Program-made: the position numbers and the translations under genes
Assembly (NCBI RefSeq): GCF_036321535.1
Contig: NC_087436.1
Coordinates: forward strand, 73,906,001-73,970,000
From: Camelus dromedarius
Taxonomy: Eukaryota
Direction of reading: 5' to 3'
Length of the DNA: 64,000 nt
Notes under the pieces: generated by a model
Databases searched by the model: none
The model's input: only the letters and a program-made list of their open reading frames with translations
Told to the model about the DNA's origin: nothing
Shown: piece by piece, positions 50,101 to 61,405 of the stretch
Numbering within the stretch: position 1 is the stretch's first letter
Layout of the letters: the number at the start of each line of letters is the position of its first letter

Positions 50101-50763
50101 GGACCTTTGTTGAATACCTTGTGCAAACTTTTGAAGGCATGATAGAATATACCCTAAAGTTCTAGAACATAGAACTCTTTATTTCCAGTCTAGTTAGAAA
50201 TCTCACTGATACAAAAAAACAAAGAAAATGTAGTTGGGCAAATCAATCTTTTGATATCATTTAGGCAGCAGACCAGTTCTTTGGGGAATTAAAAGCAATT
50301 GTCTTTGATTGTAAATCTCTACAGACCAGAAATGTAAATACAGTCCATAATGACATGAGACTGAGCCTAATTAACTCAATTAGGTAGAGTCTGTAACCAA
50401 AAAAGGGGGTGGGGGGAAGGAAGAGGACTTTTTAAACTCAAACTGCTGGAACAGTTCCCTCACCCAAAATCTAATTCACAGCCTCCTTAGGATTTATCAA
50501 GAACCAAAACAATCTTAAAAGTCTTTTCCACAAATAGTAAAAAGGCTTAGTCATCTGAGCAAATAAATGTTAACTTATTCCAACTATTATTTATAAACTA
50601 GTAAGTTTTTATTGTACTACCTGATTCAAGACTAAGTTATAAAATGAAGCTATGAGACTTCTGGTTATATTTATGTGTACATTATAGATAAGATATGTCT
50701 CTGCTTCCAGATTGTATCATCAATATTAATTTATAAAAGAGCTCTTAAAAGTAAGCACTTATA

Positions 50764-50971
50764 CAGATACTAATATATCTAAAATAGATAAACAACAAGT
50801 TCATACTGTATAGCACAAGGAACTATATTCAGTATCTTATAGTAACTTACAGTGAAAAAGAACATGAAAATGAATATATGTATATTCATGTATAACTGAA
50901 GATTATGCTGTACACCAAAAATTGACACATTGTAAACTGACTATACTTTAAAAAATACATATATATAAAAA
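50764..50971 (+). mobile_element. 5'-truncated L1 3' end nested in the ERV, perfect 17-bp TSD
   Basis: TSD aaaagtaagcacttata at 50747-50763 and 50972-50988. Confidence 0.9.
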
Positions 50972-51684
50972 AAAAGTAAGCACTTATAAATTAAATATGT
51001 CTAAATGAAACAGAAACTAACCAAAAATAATTTCAAGTTCATGTGATCTGGAAAGTATTTAATATTAAATTAATATTTGATTTAAAGTTTAAGTTTGTTG
51101 GTTTAATTAATAGACATGTCTTACTTTTATTGTCCCCCATCAAATATGATCATATTATTTCTGTTATAAAATTTATGAGCAAGAAAAATAGCCTGGGATG
51201 ATGGTTGATTTGGTCTAATGTCTCCTCAAGTTTTCATGGGTAATCTAAACATAACTGTTAGGAACAAATGAATTAAATAGATAAAACTGGGGGTAAGAGC
51301 CTTTCAGTGAACTCCTTAAGAATTACTATGTTTCATGGTATGTCTACTCAAGATTAGTTTCTCCAGATTTTTGGTAACTTGAAACTTTATAGTTTTGCTA
51401 AGTTAAATGATAGAAATGTATTAAATATCTAAATCATCCCAAGTAAAGTAAGACACTGAAGCATTAATTACTGAAAATAGGCTTTCTTTTACAGAGAAAT
51501 TAAAGATATTTAGGATCATTAATAAATATATTTGGTACACATTGAAAAATTTTCCATAAAAAGGCACATGTTTAAAAAAATCATCAATGGTACTTGTAAC
51601 TTTGCCAATCTACAGAATGCTAATGTAAAAGTTCATAATAGCTTACTATCTAGTTTTCACTAGAAACTAAAGGTTTTTAAAATT

Positions 51685-52340
51685 TTTTATTTTTTTTGAA
51701 ATATAGTTGCTTCAAAATATTGTGTTAATTTCAGGTATATGCAAAGTGATTCAGATATCTATATATATATAGATATATATACTTTTTCAGATTTTTATCC
51801 ATTATAGGTTTTATAAGATATTAAGTATAGTTCCCTGTGCTATACAGTAAGTCCTTGTTATTTACCTATTTTATATGTAGTACTATGTTAATTCCATACT
51901 CCTAATTTATCCTTCCCCCACTCCCTTTCCCGTTTGACAACCATAAGTTTGTTTTCTATGTCTGAGTCTTTTTCTGTTTTGTAAATAAGTTCATTAGTAT
52001 TACTTTTTTAGATTCCAGATATAAGTGATAGCAGATGATATTTGTCTTTGTCTGACTTAGTTCACTTATTATGATAATCTCTAGGTCCATCCATGTTGCT
52101 GCAAATGGCAATATTTCATTTTTTATGGCTGAGTAATATTCCACTGTGCGTGTGTGTATATATATATATATGGCACATCTTCTTTATCTGTTCATCTGTT
52201 GATGGACATTTAGGTTGTTTCCATGTCTTGGCTATTATATATAGTGCTGCTATGAACATTGGGTGCATGTATCTTTTTGAATTAGAATTTTCATCTTTTC
52301 TGGATATAAGCCCAGGAGTGGGATTGCTGGATCATATGGG
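51685..52340 (-). mobile_element. L1 3' end fragment replacing the ERV PPT and start of the 3' LTR
   Basis: T-tract, then atatagttg...gttccctgtgctatacag...ccaggagtgggattgctggatcatatgg. Confidence 0.88.
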
Positions 52341-52731
52341 ACAAATCCAGTTATAGCACATGAATGTGCCTACTGACAGTGAGCCTGAGGGGAATTCAGG
52401 ATGCAGAAAAACAGGAAGCAGTCTGTGCTTTGGATACCAGCCCTTAGATAGTTAAGATGTATATTTAAGTAAATAGTTCAGTGATCCCAGATTCTTGCAT
52501 CTTTCCATACATGGAAAAGCACTAAGATTATTAATTTGAGATGTCTGTTCTTGTGAGTAGCAGTAATTTTTTGATCTTTGACTACATGTTTCTTTTTCCC
52601 ACAAAAAAATTCATGTATATTCTGGCTCCTCCCTTATTTCTTTGGAACAATTTCTCAGAGCTGTCTAAGAGGCCCTCTCTTGGGCTACAGTTCTCAGTAA
52701 GACACTGAATAAACTTGCTTCAGCTTTTACG

Positions 52732-52763
52732 GTGTGTGTGTGTGTGCGTGTGTGTGTGTGTGT
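52732..52763. repeat. (TG)n microsatellite inside the 3' LTR U5 region
   Basis: gtgtgtgtgtgtgtgcgtgtgtgtgtgtgtgt. Confidence 0.9.
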
Positions 52764-53159
52764 ATGTTTTAAGTTGACATTCATATTAAATTTCTATTGG
52801 ATAATTGTGGCTAGAGTATGAAATTGGCTTTGGTTAGAGAATAAAATTCTAGGTTGAGAGTGCCAAAAAATTAAATTAAAATTAAAATAAAACAGAGGCT
52901 AGACATACAGAAGGAGCCAGATTGCTCAGGCCCTGGACATCACACTGGGAGAGGCACTAGAACCCTGAGCAGGGAAGAAAGGAAATGTCAGATATGTGCT
53001 TTGGAATACCACAGTGGCAGCAGAATGGGAGAGACCAGGGCAGGGAGGAAACCGGAGGCAGGAAAACTCATGGAGGCAAAAATGAAACAGTCAGTGAGTG
53101 ACCAACCTGTCTTCCAACCTACAGGATCTGCTCTCAGGGTTTTTACCTTCCCTCTGCCA

Positions 53160-53619
53160 TGGGTCCCTGTGTCAATCTGATGGATTCTTTCTTACATAAA
53201 TGTTTTTACACACAGAAAATAAAATACCTAGGGTTACAAAGGAAAACAATTACTAAACTTCAGGTGCCATTGTAAAAATCTGTGATATGGCAATATGTAT
53301 GCTTCTTTATTGATTCTTTAAATGAGACGCAGCAGCAGGTCTAACAATGACTGTAATTTTGAAATATTAATGAACATGAATGATACTTCAAGCAACAGCT
53401 ATCAAGAGACACAGTATCTGTTTCCTTTAGTGGTGAATCCACCGTACTGCTAACACTGCTGTGATCTGTTGCCTATTTTCACACTCAAAGGGAATGTTAA
53501 ATTTTAGTATGTGGCTAATGAAGATGAACTGTAATTTTTTTCCCGAAGTCACAGAGAACCTTGAATTCTATCAGTGGACCCCTTAGGATCATGGATGGTT
53601 CAAGGCTTAAGAATCCCTG
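53160..53619. mobile_element. hAT-type DNA transposon fragment (Zaphod/MER115-like; family tentative)
   Basis: gtactgctaacactgctgtgatctgttgccta...gaattctatcagtggacccc...ttaagaatccctg terminus. Confidence 0.55.
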
Positions 53620-54970
53620 TGAGGTGTTCCCAGGCTTTCCTCAGGAGTCAGTTGAGGTCCTTCTAAGATGGGACATGCAGGGAGTGGGGTAAGAGTCAGA
53701 TACTGTTTTATTCCTAGGATTGAATTATTCCCATAACCACATTATGACAGCGCATTAAGCCAGCAGACACAATGGCCCAGAAGGTGTCTTAATGGAATAC
53801 TATCTTTCCTTGGGTTCTGATTAGAACCCAGGCCTTTTTCTGAGATGAGGATAATGACCACAGGAACAGGCCCAGGAGACCCAGGAAGAAAACTGTTTGC
53901 TGGGGTTTTTCTTTAGTTCTCAGGTGAGTTCATTCTTGAAAGGAGGCAGCCATCCCACTTACCAGAAGGAATTCAGTTAAAAAACAAAACCAGCAAAAAG
54001 ACAGATACTGTGTATGATTCCACTTATATGAGAACTCTACAGCAGTCAAATTCATAGAAACAAAGTAAAATGGTGGTTACTAGGGGCAGCGGGGAGGGAT
54101 AAAAATGGAGTTATTTAATGGCTATACAGTTTCAGATCTGAAAGATGAAAAAATCCTGGAGGTCTGTTTTACAACACTGTGAATATACTTAACACTACTG
54201 AACTGCACTTAAAAATGGTAAAAATGGTACATTTTATATGTGGAGTTTTTGAAAATCACCATAAAAAGTGGTTAAAATTGCAGAACAAACCAACAAACAG
54301 GGCACTCAGATCCTAATTCTGGTTCAACTTCTAACTGTCCCTGTGCTGGACAGCCTCTAATGGCAGACCTGCTCTACCCAGTACACAGTGTTTCTTTAGG
54401 CATTAAACATACAAAAATGCTTTTTAAAATGAGGACCCAAGTTTTTTTTTTTTTTAATTCTACCATACAGCAACAAAGCTCATCTTCACGATTCTGGGTC
54501 TTGATTTGCAGAGGCTAAGACAATCCACTAATAATAACATCAGACACTAATTAGCACTAAATATGTGCTGGGCACTAGCCTGATCACTTTATAAATACTG
54601 ACCCACTGACTCACTCAGTCCTCATAACAATTACAGGATAGAGGTCCTATTTTTATCCCCACTTTATAGATAAGGGAACCGAGGAACTGAAGCACAGAGA
54701 ACTAGTAAGTGGCAGAGGTGAGAGTCACCACAGGCCATTCAACTCCAGAGTCAGATCATGAACACCTGAGGCAGGAGCCAGGATTTTTATCTCAGAATTC
54801 CAGCTCTGAGATAGCATTAATTCACAATGAATGAGTCAGTGGGCAACCATTTATTGAGTAACCAGTTAGGACAGAATTGTGAGGTATTTTTAGCATGTGG
54901 CAGCTCTGAAGAAGAAAGATCTTGCTGTCTGCTTCCTCTACTATTTTTTTTTTTAAACTTGGTAAAGAGA

Positions 54971-55110
54971 GGGGTGGGGAGGTATAGCTCAGTGGTAGAG
55001 TGTGTACTTAGCATGCACTAGGTCCTGAGTTCAATTCCTAGTACCTCCATTAAAAAATGAATAGATAAATAGATATATAAATAAACCTAATTACCCTGCC
55101 CCCCAAAAAA
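54971..55110 (+). mobile_element. tRNA-Ala-derived SINE (Vic-1 type, long-tail form)
   Basis: ggtatagctcagtggtagag...gagttcaattcctagtacctcca, then ataaacctaattacc tail; degenerate TSD ending in gaga. Confidence 0.88.
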
Positions 55111-55389
55111 ATCTGTTAAGGAGAAACTTTGTTGGAAAGATTATTGCAAGAGGTGTGGGAGAGGTTATTGCCCTAGGGGGTAGGGCAACAGTAGAAAAAA
55201 TACTCTGACCATAAGATCCCCAACAGCTTCCTTCTAATCTTTTTTAAAAAATGATTAAAGCAATTCTCCTAACTCACCAGCATTTGGAATTGGTGGTCAC
55301 TGCCAAAGACTCTAACTCACGCTGCCACCTGGTTATCTCTTGTACTCAGGATGGGTGGGGAAAGGAGTGAATAAGAAGAGACAGAAAAA

Positions 55390-55700
55390 AGACAAATGAA
55401 CTTATATATAAAACAGAAACAGACTCACATAGAATACAGACTTGTGGTTGCCAGGGGGAGGAGGGTGGGAAAGGATAAACTGGGAGTTCGAGATTTGCAG
55501 ATACCGACTGATACATATAAAATAGATAAACAAGTTTATACTGTACAGCACAGGGAGATATATTCAATACCTTGTAGTAGCTTATGGTGAAAAAGAATAT
55601 GAAAATGAATATATTTATATTCATGTATGACTGAAGCATTGTACTGTACACCAGAAATTGACACAACATTGTAAACTAACTATACCTCAACGAAAAAAAG
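55390..55700 (+). mobile_element. L1 3' end fragment
   Basis: acaaatgaacttatatataaaacagaaacagactc...cattgtaaactaactatacctcaa; TSD-like gagacagaaa on both sides. Confidence 0.85.
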
Positions 55701-56120
55701 AAAAGGAGACAGAAAGCCTGTCTGCAGACAAACAATGAATCCTAGGAGCTGGTCTAAAACTAGCTAAGTGGGGAAGGGAATTAGGAAAAGACCCTAAAAG
55801 ACATCAAAGAAAATCAAAGGGCGACCTTAAAAGGTCAGACAGTGGGGAGTAGCTCTTCAGCACTCAGTAACCACATTCTGCCAACTCAGGAGGAAGCAGC
55901 TGCATTTCTAAACAACACAGGCTGAGACTGGCCCCGTCCACAAAGCCATTCTTTGCTGTGGTATCACACCAGCAACATTTCAGACAGAGGCAGCCAAAAC
56001 CTGTGCTTCCCACACAGCACACAGAGGATGCTCATGGGAAGAGACAAGGACCCAACCTGGGGGGAAAGGGGGACACTCCATACTTCTGGTTGCTACGGCA
56101 GGGAGGTGGTCAGGACTCAC

Positions 56121-56278
56121 CTGTAGGTGTATGGCCCCACTTCTTCCAATCGAGGAATCTCCCCTCTGAGGATCTCCTCTGGATTGGTGACATTGAAGAA
56201 ATAGAACTGGGAGTACACAGGCAGAGGGGGCTTCCTCCAGGAGTCAAAAGTCTCAGAACCATTCCTTAACACGATATT
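56121..56278 (-). CDS. SCARB2: SCARB2 exon 2 (NIVLRNGSETFDSWRKPPLPVYSQFYFFNVTNPEEILRGEIPRLEEVGPYTYR), 158 nt; exon 1 lies beyond the right end of the window
   Basis: ccctag|AATATC ... TACAG|gtgagt; CD36-family FNVTNP and EVGPY motifs. Confidence 0.97.
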
Positions 56279-56919
56279 CTAGGGGAGAAAACCAAAAGGA
56301 GATTTACAAAGTGTAAGGCAGTTGGTTTTGAACACCGAGGCCGAGAGAGGGACACCCTGCCCTTTAACCTCCTGGCTCTCTTATTTTTTTTCATAGGCAT
56401 TCAACTACAATTCGTCAAGATCAATGCCATGCCTTATGTCAATATGAATCCCACAGCTCTAATAAGCCATAAAAGGACTTCAATAAATATTTGTGGTAAA
56501 GGAAGGATGCTAGAGTCATAGCTCATGGCTGGAAAACCATAGATTACCAAAACCAAGGCCACAGCTTGAGTACCCGAAAGGCCTTTTTCACTTTGTTATG
56601 AACAGTCTACTAATCGGACAGCTGCTGTGGAAGTCAGGCCATTTTGAGGACCATCATGCGATCCCAGCTCACCCACGTGAGAGAATAGGGGGAGAGGCCA
56701 AGAAGGCTACTTTGGTCCTTCCATCTGAGGTAGAACCACACCCATCCCTACTACCTCAACCACCATGTTTCACATGCATTTTCTCATTCAATCTCCAACA
56801 AACCCATAACGTAGAGATGCCTATCCCTGTTTAAAGATGAGAAAGCTGAGTCGCACTGGGGCTGTGCTTAGGGTATTCTTTGTCTACAATTCTTCCTTTG
56901 TTTCCCACCCTTATCACAT

Positions 56920-57645
56920 ATTATGGGCTAAACTGTGTGCCCTAAAATTCATATGTTGAAGTCCTAGCCCTAGTACCTCAGAATGTGTATTTGGAGACAG
57001 AGAAATTAAAGGTTAAATGAAGTTATTAGGGTGGGCTGTAATCCAGTATGATTGATATCCTTATAAGAAGAGATTAGGACACAAATACACACAAAAGAAA
57101 GGTCATATGAAGACACAGGAAGAAGACAGCCATCTACAAGCCAAGGAGAGAGGCCTCAGAAGAAATCAACCCTGCTGACACCTTGATCTCAGACTTCCAG
57201 CCTCCAGAACTGTGAGACCGTAAATTTCTGTTGTTCAAATACCCAGTCTACGGGATTCGTTAGGTAACCCCTATGGGAGTGTTCTACCCACCCTACAGAC
57301 TTCAGGTGTGGCCAAGTGCCTTGATCTGATCAACAGAACGTGGGTGGATGGCAATGCCCCACCTTTGAGGCCTCAAGAGGCAAAGCAAGTTTCCACCAGC
57401 CACCCTCTGCCAAGAGAAGAGCATGCCCTGTCCCAGGTAGCTGGTGATCCTTCAGCCAAGGTCCTAAAATGGTGATGCACAGACCAGACATGAAGCTGGG
57501 AGTCCAGCCTAGGTCAGCTGACCCAGCTAAGCTCAAATTGCAGCCAACCTGGCCACAACAAGTGGGAAATAAATGTTACTGCTGCAAGCCACTGAGATTT
57601 GGGAGTGTTTGTTACCCAGCATTGCAAGAGAAGCCTGATTAACAC
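56920..57645 (+). mobile_element. MaLR LTRs: MLT1A/B-like (56920-~57275) and an older MLT1-type (~57275-57645)
   Basis: aaattcatatgttgaagtccta...gacttccagcctccagaactgtgaga; second element ends aagccactgagattt...tgtttgttac...gattaacaca. Confidence 0.75.
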
Positions 57646-57730
57646 AGCACCCAAGGTTAATAGAGAGAAACCTAATATCCAGTAGTCCTAATAGTCTTTA
57701 ACTTGTTAATAAACAAAAACTGCATTTTTT

Positions 57731-57854
57731 AAATTCTTATTTTTTAATTGAAGTGTAGTCAATTTACAATGTTAGTTTCAGGTGTGCAGCAAAGTGACTC
57801 AATTATACATATGCATACATTCATATATATTTTTTCAGTTTCTTTTCCATTATG
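57731..57854 (-). mobile_element. Short L1 3' tail
   Basis: ttgaagtgtagtcaatttacaatgttagtttc...; TSD aaaaactgcattttt/aaaaaccgcattttt. Confidence 0.85.
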
Positions 57855-58035
57855 AAAAACCGCATTTTTAAAGTTAAGACTACAAGAAAGATAAAAGCAC
57901 AGACTAAAAGAAAACAAGCCAGAATGTGAAGAGTGATTAACTCTGCATGTTGGAATCTGGATTGTTGTTATTTTCTACTTGATGAGAGTCTGTATTTTCC
58001 AAGTTTTTTCTAATGAATTTAAAAAAAATTAACAG

Positions 58036-60069
58036 GGAGATTTCTGGTCAAGATGACAGAGTAGTAGGACCACGAGCTCACCTCTCCTCGTGACTACAAC
58101 AAAACCACAACTGACTGCTAAACAACCATTGAATAAAAAGACTAGAACCTAGCAAAAAAGATCTCCTACTGGAAACATAAAAAGGGAACCACAGTGGGAC
58201 AGTAGGAGGGGTGGTGCCTGCGATATAATCGGGCTCCATACCCCCAGGGTGGGTGACCCACAAGCTGAAGAATAACTAAATCACAGAGGTGCTCCCACAG
58301 GAAAGTTCTGAGCCCCACATCAGGCTCCCCAGCCCAGGGTTCTGGCATTGGGAGGAGGAGATCCCAGGACATCTGGTTTCGAAGGCCAGTGTGGCTTAGC
58401 TCCAGGAGCACCATGGGACTGGGGGAAATAGACTTCATTCTCTTGGTAAGGATACACAGAATCTTGCATGTGCCAGGTCCAAGGGTAGAGGCAGTGATCT
58501 CATAGGAACCTGGGCCAGACCTGCCTGCTGGTTTTAGAAGTTCTCCTGGGAAGGTAGGGGACAGTTGTGGCTCACCCAGGGGACATAAAAGCTGGCAGTG
58601 GACATTCCAGGAGTGTTCATCTATATGAGCTTTCCTGGAGGCTGACATCTTGTTTGGGTCATTAGCACCAAGACCTAGCCCCACCCAACAGCTTATAGGC
58701 TCAAGGGCTAGGGAGCCTCAGGCCAAACAACATACTGGGTGGGAACACAGCCCCTCCCATCTGCAGACTTCCTGAGCCACAAATGCCTCTAGACATGGCC
58801 CTACCCATCAGAGGTCCAAGACCAAGCTTCACCAGCAGTGGGCAGGCACCAGCTCCTGCTGCCAGGACCCTGCATAAGCCTCTAGTCTAACCTCATCCAC
58901 CATGTGCAGATACTAGAAATAAGAAAACAACAATCCCAAAGCCTGTGGAAGGAATCCACAAAAACAGGCCAGACTCTACACTGGGACTGGCTGGGCCCTG
59001 GCCCTTGGGTGACAAGAGAGGAGTGTACTGCTGGGACGCATAGGACATCTCCCACATAGGGCCTCCTCTCCAAGGTGGAGAAACATAACTAACTTACCTA
59101 AAATAAAAATAGAAAGATAGACGATACGAGACGACAAAGGAATATGTCCCAGGCTAAGGCACAAGATAAAATCCCAGAAGAAATAAGTGATAAGGTGAAA
59201 GGCAATTTATCTGAGTAAGAGTTTAAAGTAATGATGGCCAAGATGTTCAGAGAACTCAAGAGGAGTACAGATGCACAGAGTAAAGTTTTTAGCACAGCTG
59301 GAAAATATAAAGAATGCCCAGAGTTGAAGAATAAAATTACTGAAATGAATAACACACTAAAAGGAACCAAGAATAGACTAAATGAGGCAGAAGAACGAAT
59401 CAGTGAGCTAGAAGACAGATTAGTGGAAATCAGTACTGCAGAACAGAAAAAAGAAAAAAGAATGAAAAGAAATGAGGGTAGTTTAAAAGAACTCTGGGAC
59501 AACATGAAGTGCACTAATGTTCACATGACAGGGGTCCCAGAAAAGGAAGACAGAGAGAGAAAAGACCTGATAAAATTTTTGAAGAGATAACCAAAAACTT
59601 CCCCAACTTGGGAAAGGAAAGTCACTCAAGTCCAGGAAGTGCAAAGAGTTCCACACAGAATCAACCCAAAGAGGAACACACCAAGGCACATAGTCATCAA
59701 ATTGACAACAATTAAGGATAAGGAGAAAATATTAAAATTAGCAAGAGAAAAGCAACAAATAATATAAAAGGGAACTCCCATAAGGTTATCAGCTGATTTT
59801 TCAGCAGAAACTCTATAGGCCAGAAGTGAGTGGCATAATATATTTAAAGTGATGCAAGGGGAAAACTCACAACCAAGAATACTCTATCCAGCAAGGCTCT
59901 CATTCAGATTTGATGGAGAAATCAAAAGCTTCACAGATAAACAAAACCTAAAAGAATTCAGCACCACCAACCCAGCTTTACAACAAATGTTAACGGAACT
60001 TCTCTAGTCATCAAACCACAAAAAAAGAGAAGAAAAAGAAGAAAGAGGGAAAAAAAAAGACCTACAAAA
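58036..60069 (+). mobile_element. L1 5'UTR plus disrupted ORF1 (~59120-60007)
   Basis: 5' end caagatgacagagtag typical of L1; ORF1 coiled-coil peptide (ELKNKITEMNNTLKGTKNRLNEAEERISELEDR) and C-terminal RILYPARLSF-like sequence with stops and frameshifts. Confidence 0.9.
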
Positions 60070-61017
60070 GACTGTTCTGGCAACACAGGGTCTTTTATGG
60101 TTTGATATGAATTTTGGAACTGTATGCTCTAGCTCTATGAAAAATATCACATTTTGACAGGGTTGCATTGAATCTGCAGGTTGCTTTGGGTAGTATGGCC
60201 ATTTTGATAATGATTCTTCCAATCCAAGAGCACAAGATATCTTTCCATATCTTTGTATCATCAATTTCCTTCATCAATGTTTTTACAGTTTTTAGAGTAT
60301 AGGTAACCTCTTCGGTTAAGTTTATTTCTAGGTATGTTTTTGTTTTTGATGCAATGGAAATGTTTATGGCAGTTACAAAATTCTGGTTTTTGCAGTGCAA
60401 AAAAAAAAAGTTAATGAAGGGCCACAAATGGCAAAATATCCTTTTTATGGGTGAGCTGTATTCCAATGCACATATATGCTACATCTTCTTTATCCATTCA
60501 TCTGTTGATGTGCACTTGGGATGCTTCCATGTCTTGACAATTATAAATGATGCTGCTGTTAAGTAGTGGGGCGAATGTATCTTTTTGAATTAATATTTTT
60601 ATTTTTCTCAGTATATGCCCAGGAGTAGAATTGCTGGGCCATATGGTGGTTCTGTTTTGGGTTTTTGAGAAACCTCCATATTGTTTTCCATGGTGGCTGC
60701 ACCAATTTGCATTACCACCAACAGTGTACAAGGATTCCCTTTTCTCCACATCCTTGCCAACATTTGCTATTGGTGTTCTCTTTGATGGTCATTCTGACCG
60801 GTGAGAGATGGCATCTCATTGTGATTTTGATTTGCATTTCCCTGATATTTGATGTTGAGCAAATTTTCATGCTCCTGTAGGCTATCTGCATTTCCTCTTT
60901 CGGAAAAATGTCTCTTCAGTTCTTCTGCCCATATTTTAAGTGGGTTGTTTGTTTGTTCTTTGCTATTTAATTGAAGTACAACTGATTTAAAATGTTGTAT
61001 TAGTTTCTGGTGTAGAG
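60070..61017 (-). mobile_element. Inverted L1 ORF2 fragments (60070-~60390 and 60421-~60967) plus a short antisense L1 tail
   Basis: Minus-strand peptides KIWKDILCSWIGRIIIKMAILPKA and [16 protein letters not shown] are L1 ORF2-like. Confidence 0.88.
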
Positions 61018-61405
61018 CATGGATGGCCTTGGAGGACACTATGCTAAGTGAAATAAGTCAGACAGAGAAAGACAAATACTGTAAGATATCACTTATATGT
61101 GGAATCAAAAAAAATACAACAAACTAGTGAATATAACAGAACAGAAACAGACTCACAGATGTAGAGAAGGAACTAGTGGCTACCAGTGGGGAGAGGGAAG
61201 GGGGAGGGGCAAGATGGAGCTAGAGGACTAAGGTACAAACTATCAGGTATAAAATAAGCTACAAGGGTGTACTGTACAATATGGGGAATATAGCCAATAT
61301 TTTATAACTATAAATGGAAAATAACCTATAAAAATTGTGAATCACTATATTGCATACTTACAACATATAACATTGTACATCATCTATACTTCAATTTTTA
61401 AAAAT
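61018..61405 (+). mobile_element. L1 3' end (3'UTR)
   Basis: catggatggccttggaggacactatgctaagtgaaataagtcagacagagaaagacaaatac ... tatacttcaa. Confidence 0.88.

Larger units (their letters stand above)
47140..52779 (+). mobile_element. Decayed ERV1-class (MER4/MER41-group-like) provirus: 5' LTR 47140-47603, PBS 47608-47625, degenerate internal region, 5'-truncated 3' LTR ~52345-52779
   Basis: TG...CA termini; two clearly homologous LTRs (e.g. cagattcttgcatct, ctcagtaagacactgaataaact); PBS tggcaaccacaaaaggac is 15/18 identical to the tRNA-Arg PBS TGGCGACCACGAAGGGAC; TSD ctta/ttca (ancestral ctca) splits a MER3/MER33-type element. Confidence 0.85.

Noticed and set aside
42696..52779. STAT1 GAS motifs in the MER41-like LTRs (interferon-inducible enhancer hypothesis)
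   Set aside because: I saw no clear TTCNNNGAA tandem sites in these LTR copies, and the family assignment is tentative
54975..55050. tRNA-Ala(AGC)-like sequences here and at 17187, 26299 and 31306
   Set aside because: Mutated stems, G-rich 5' extension, A-rich tails and TSDs mark them as SINE copies, not tRNA genes
59231..59590. L1 ORF1 as an intact or domesticated gene
   Set aside because: Flanked by in-frame stops and frameshifts; ORF2 is fragmented and inverted
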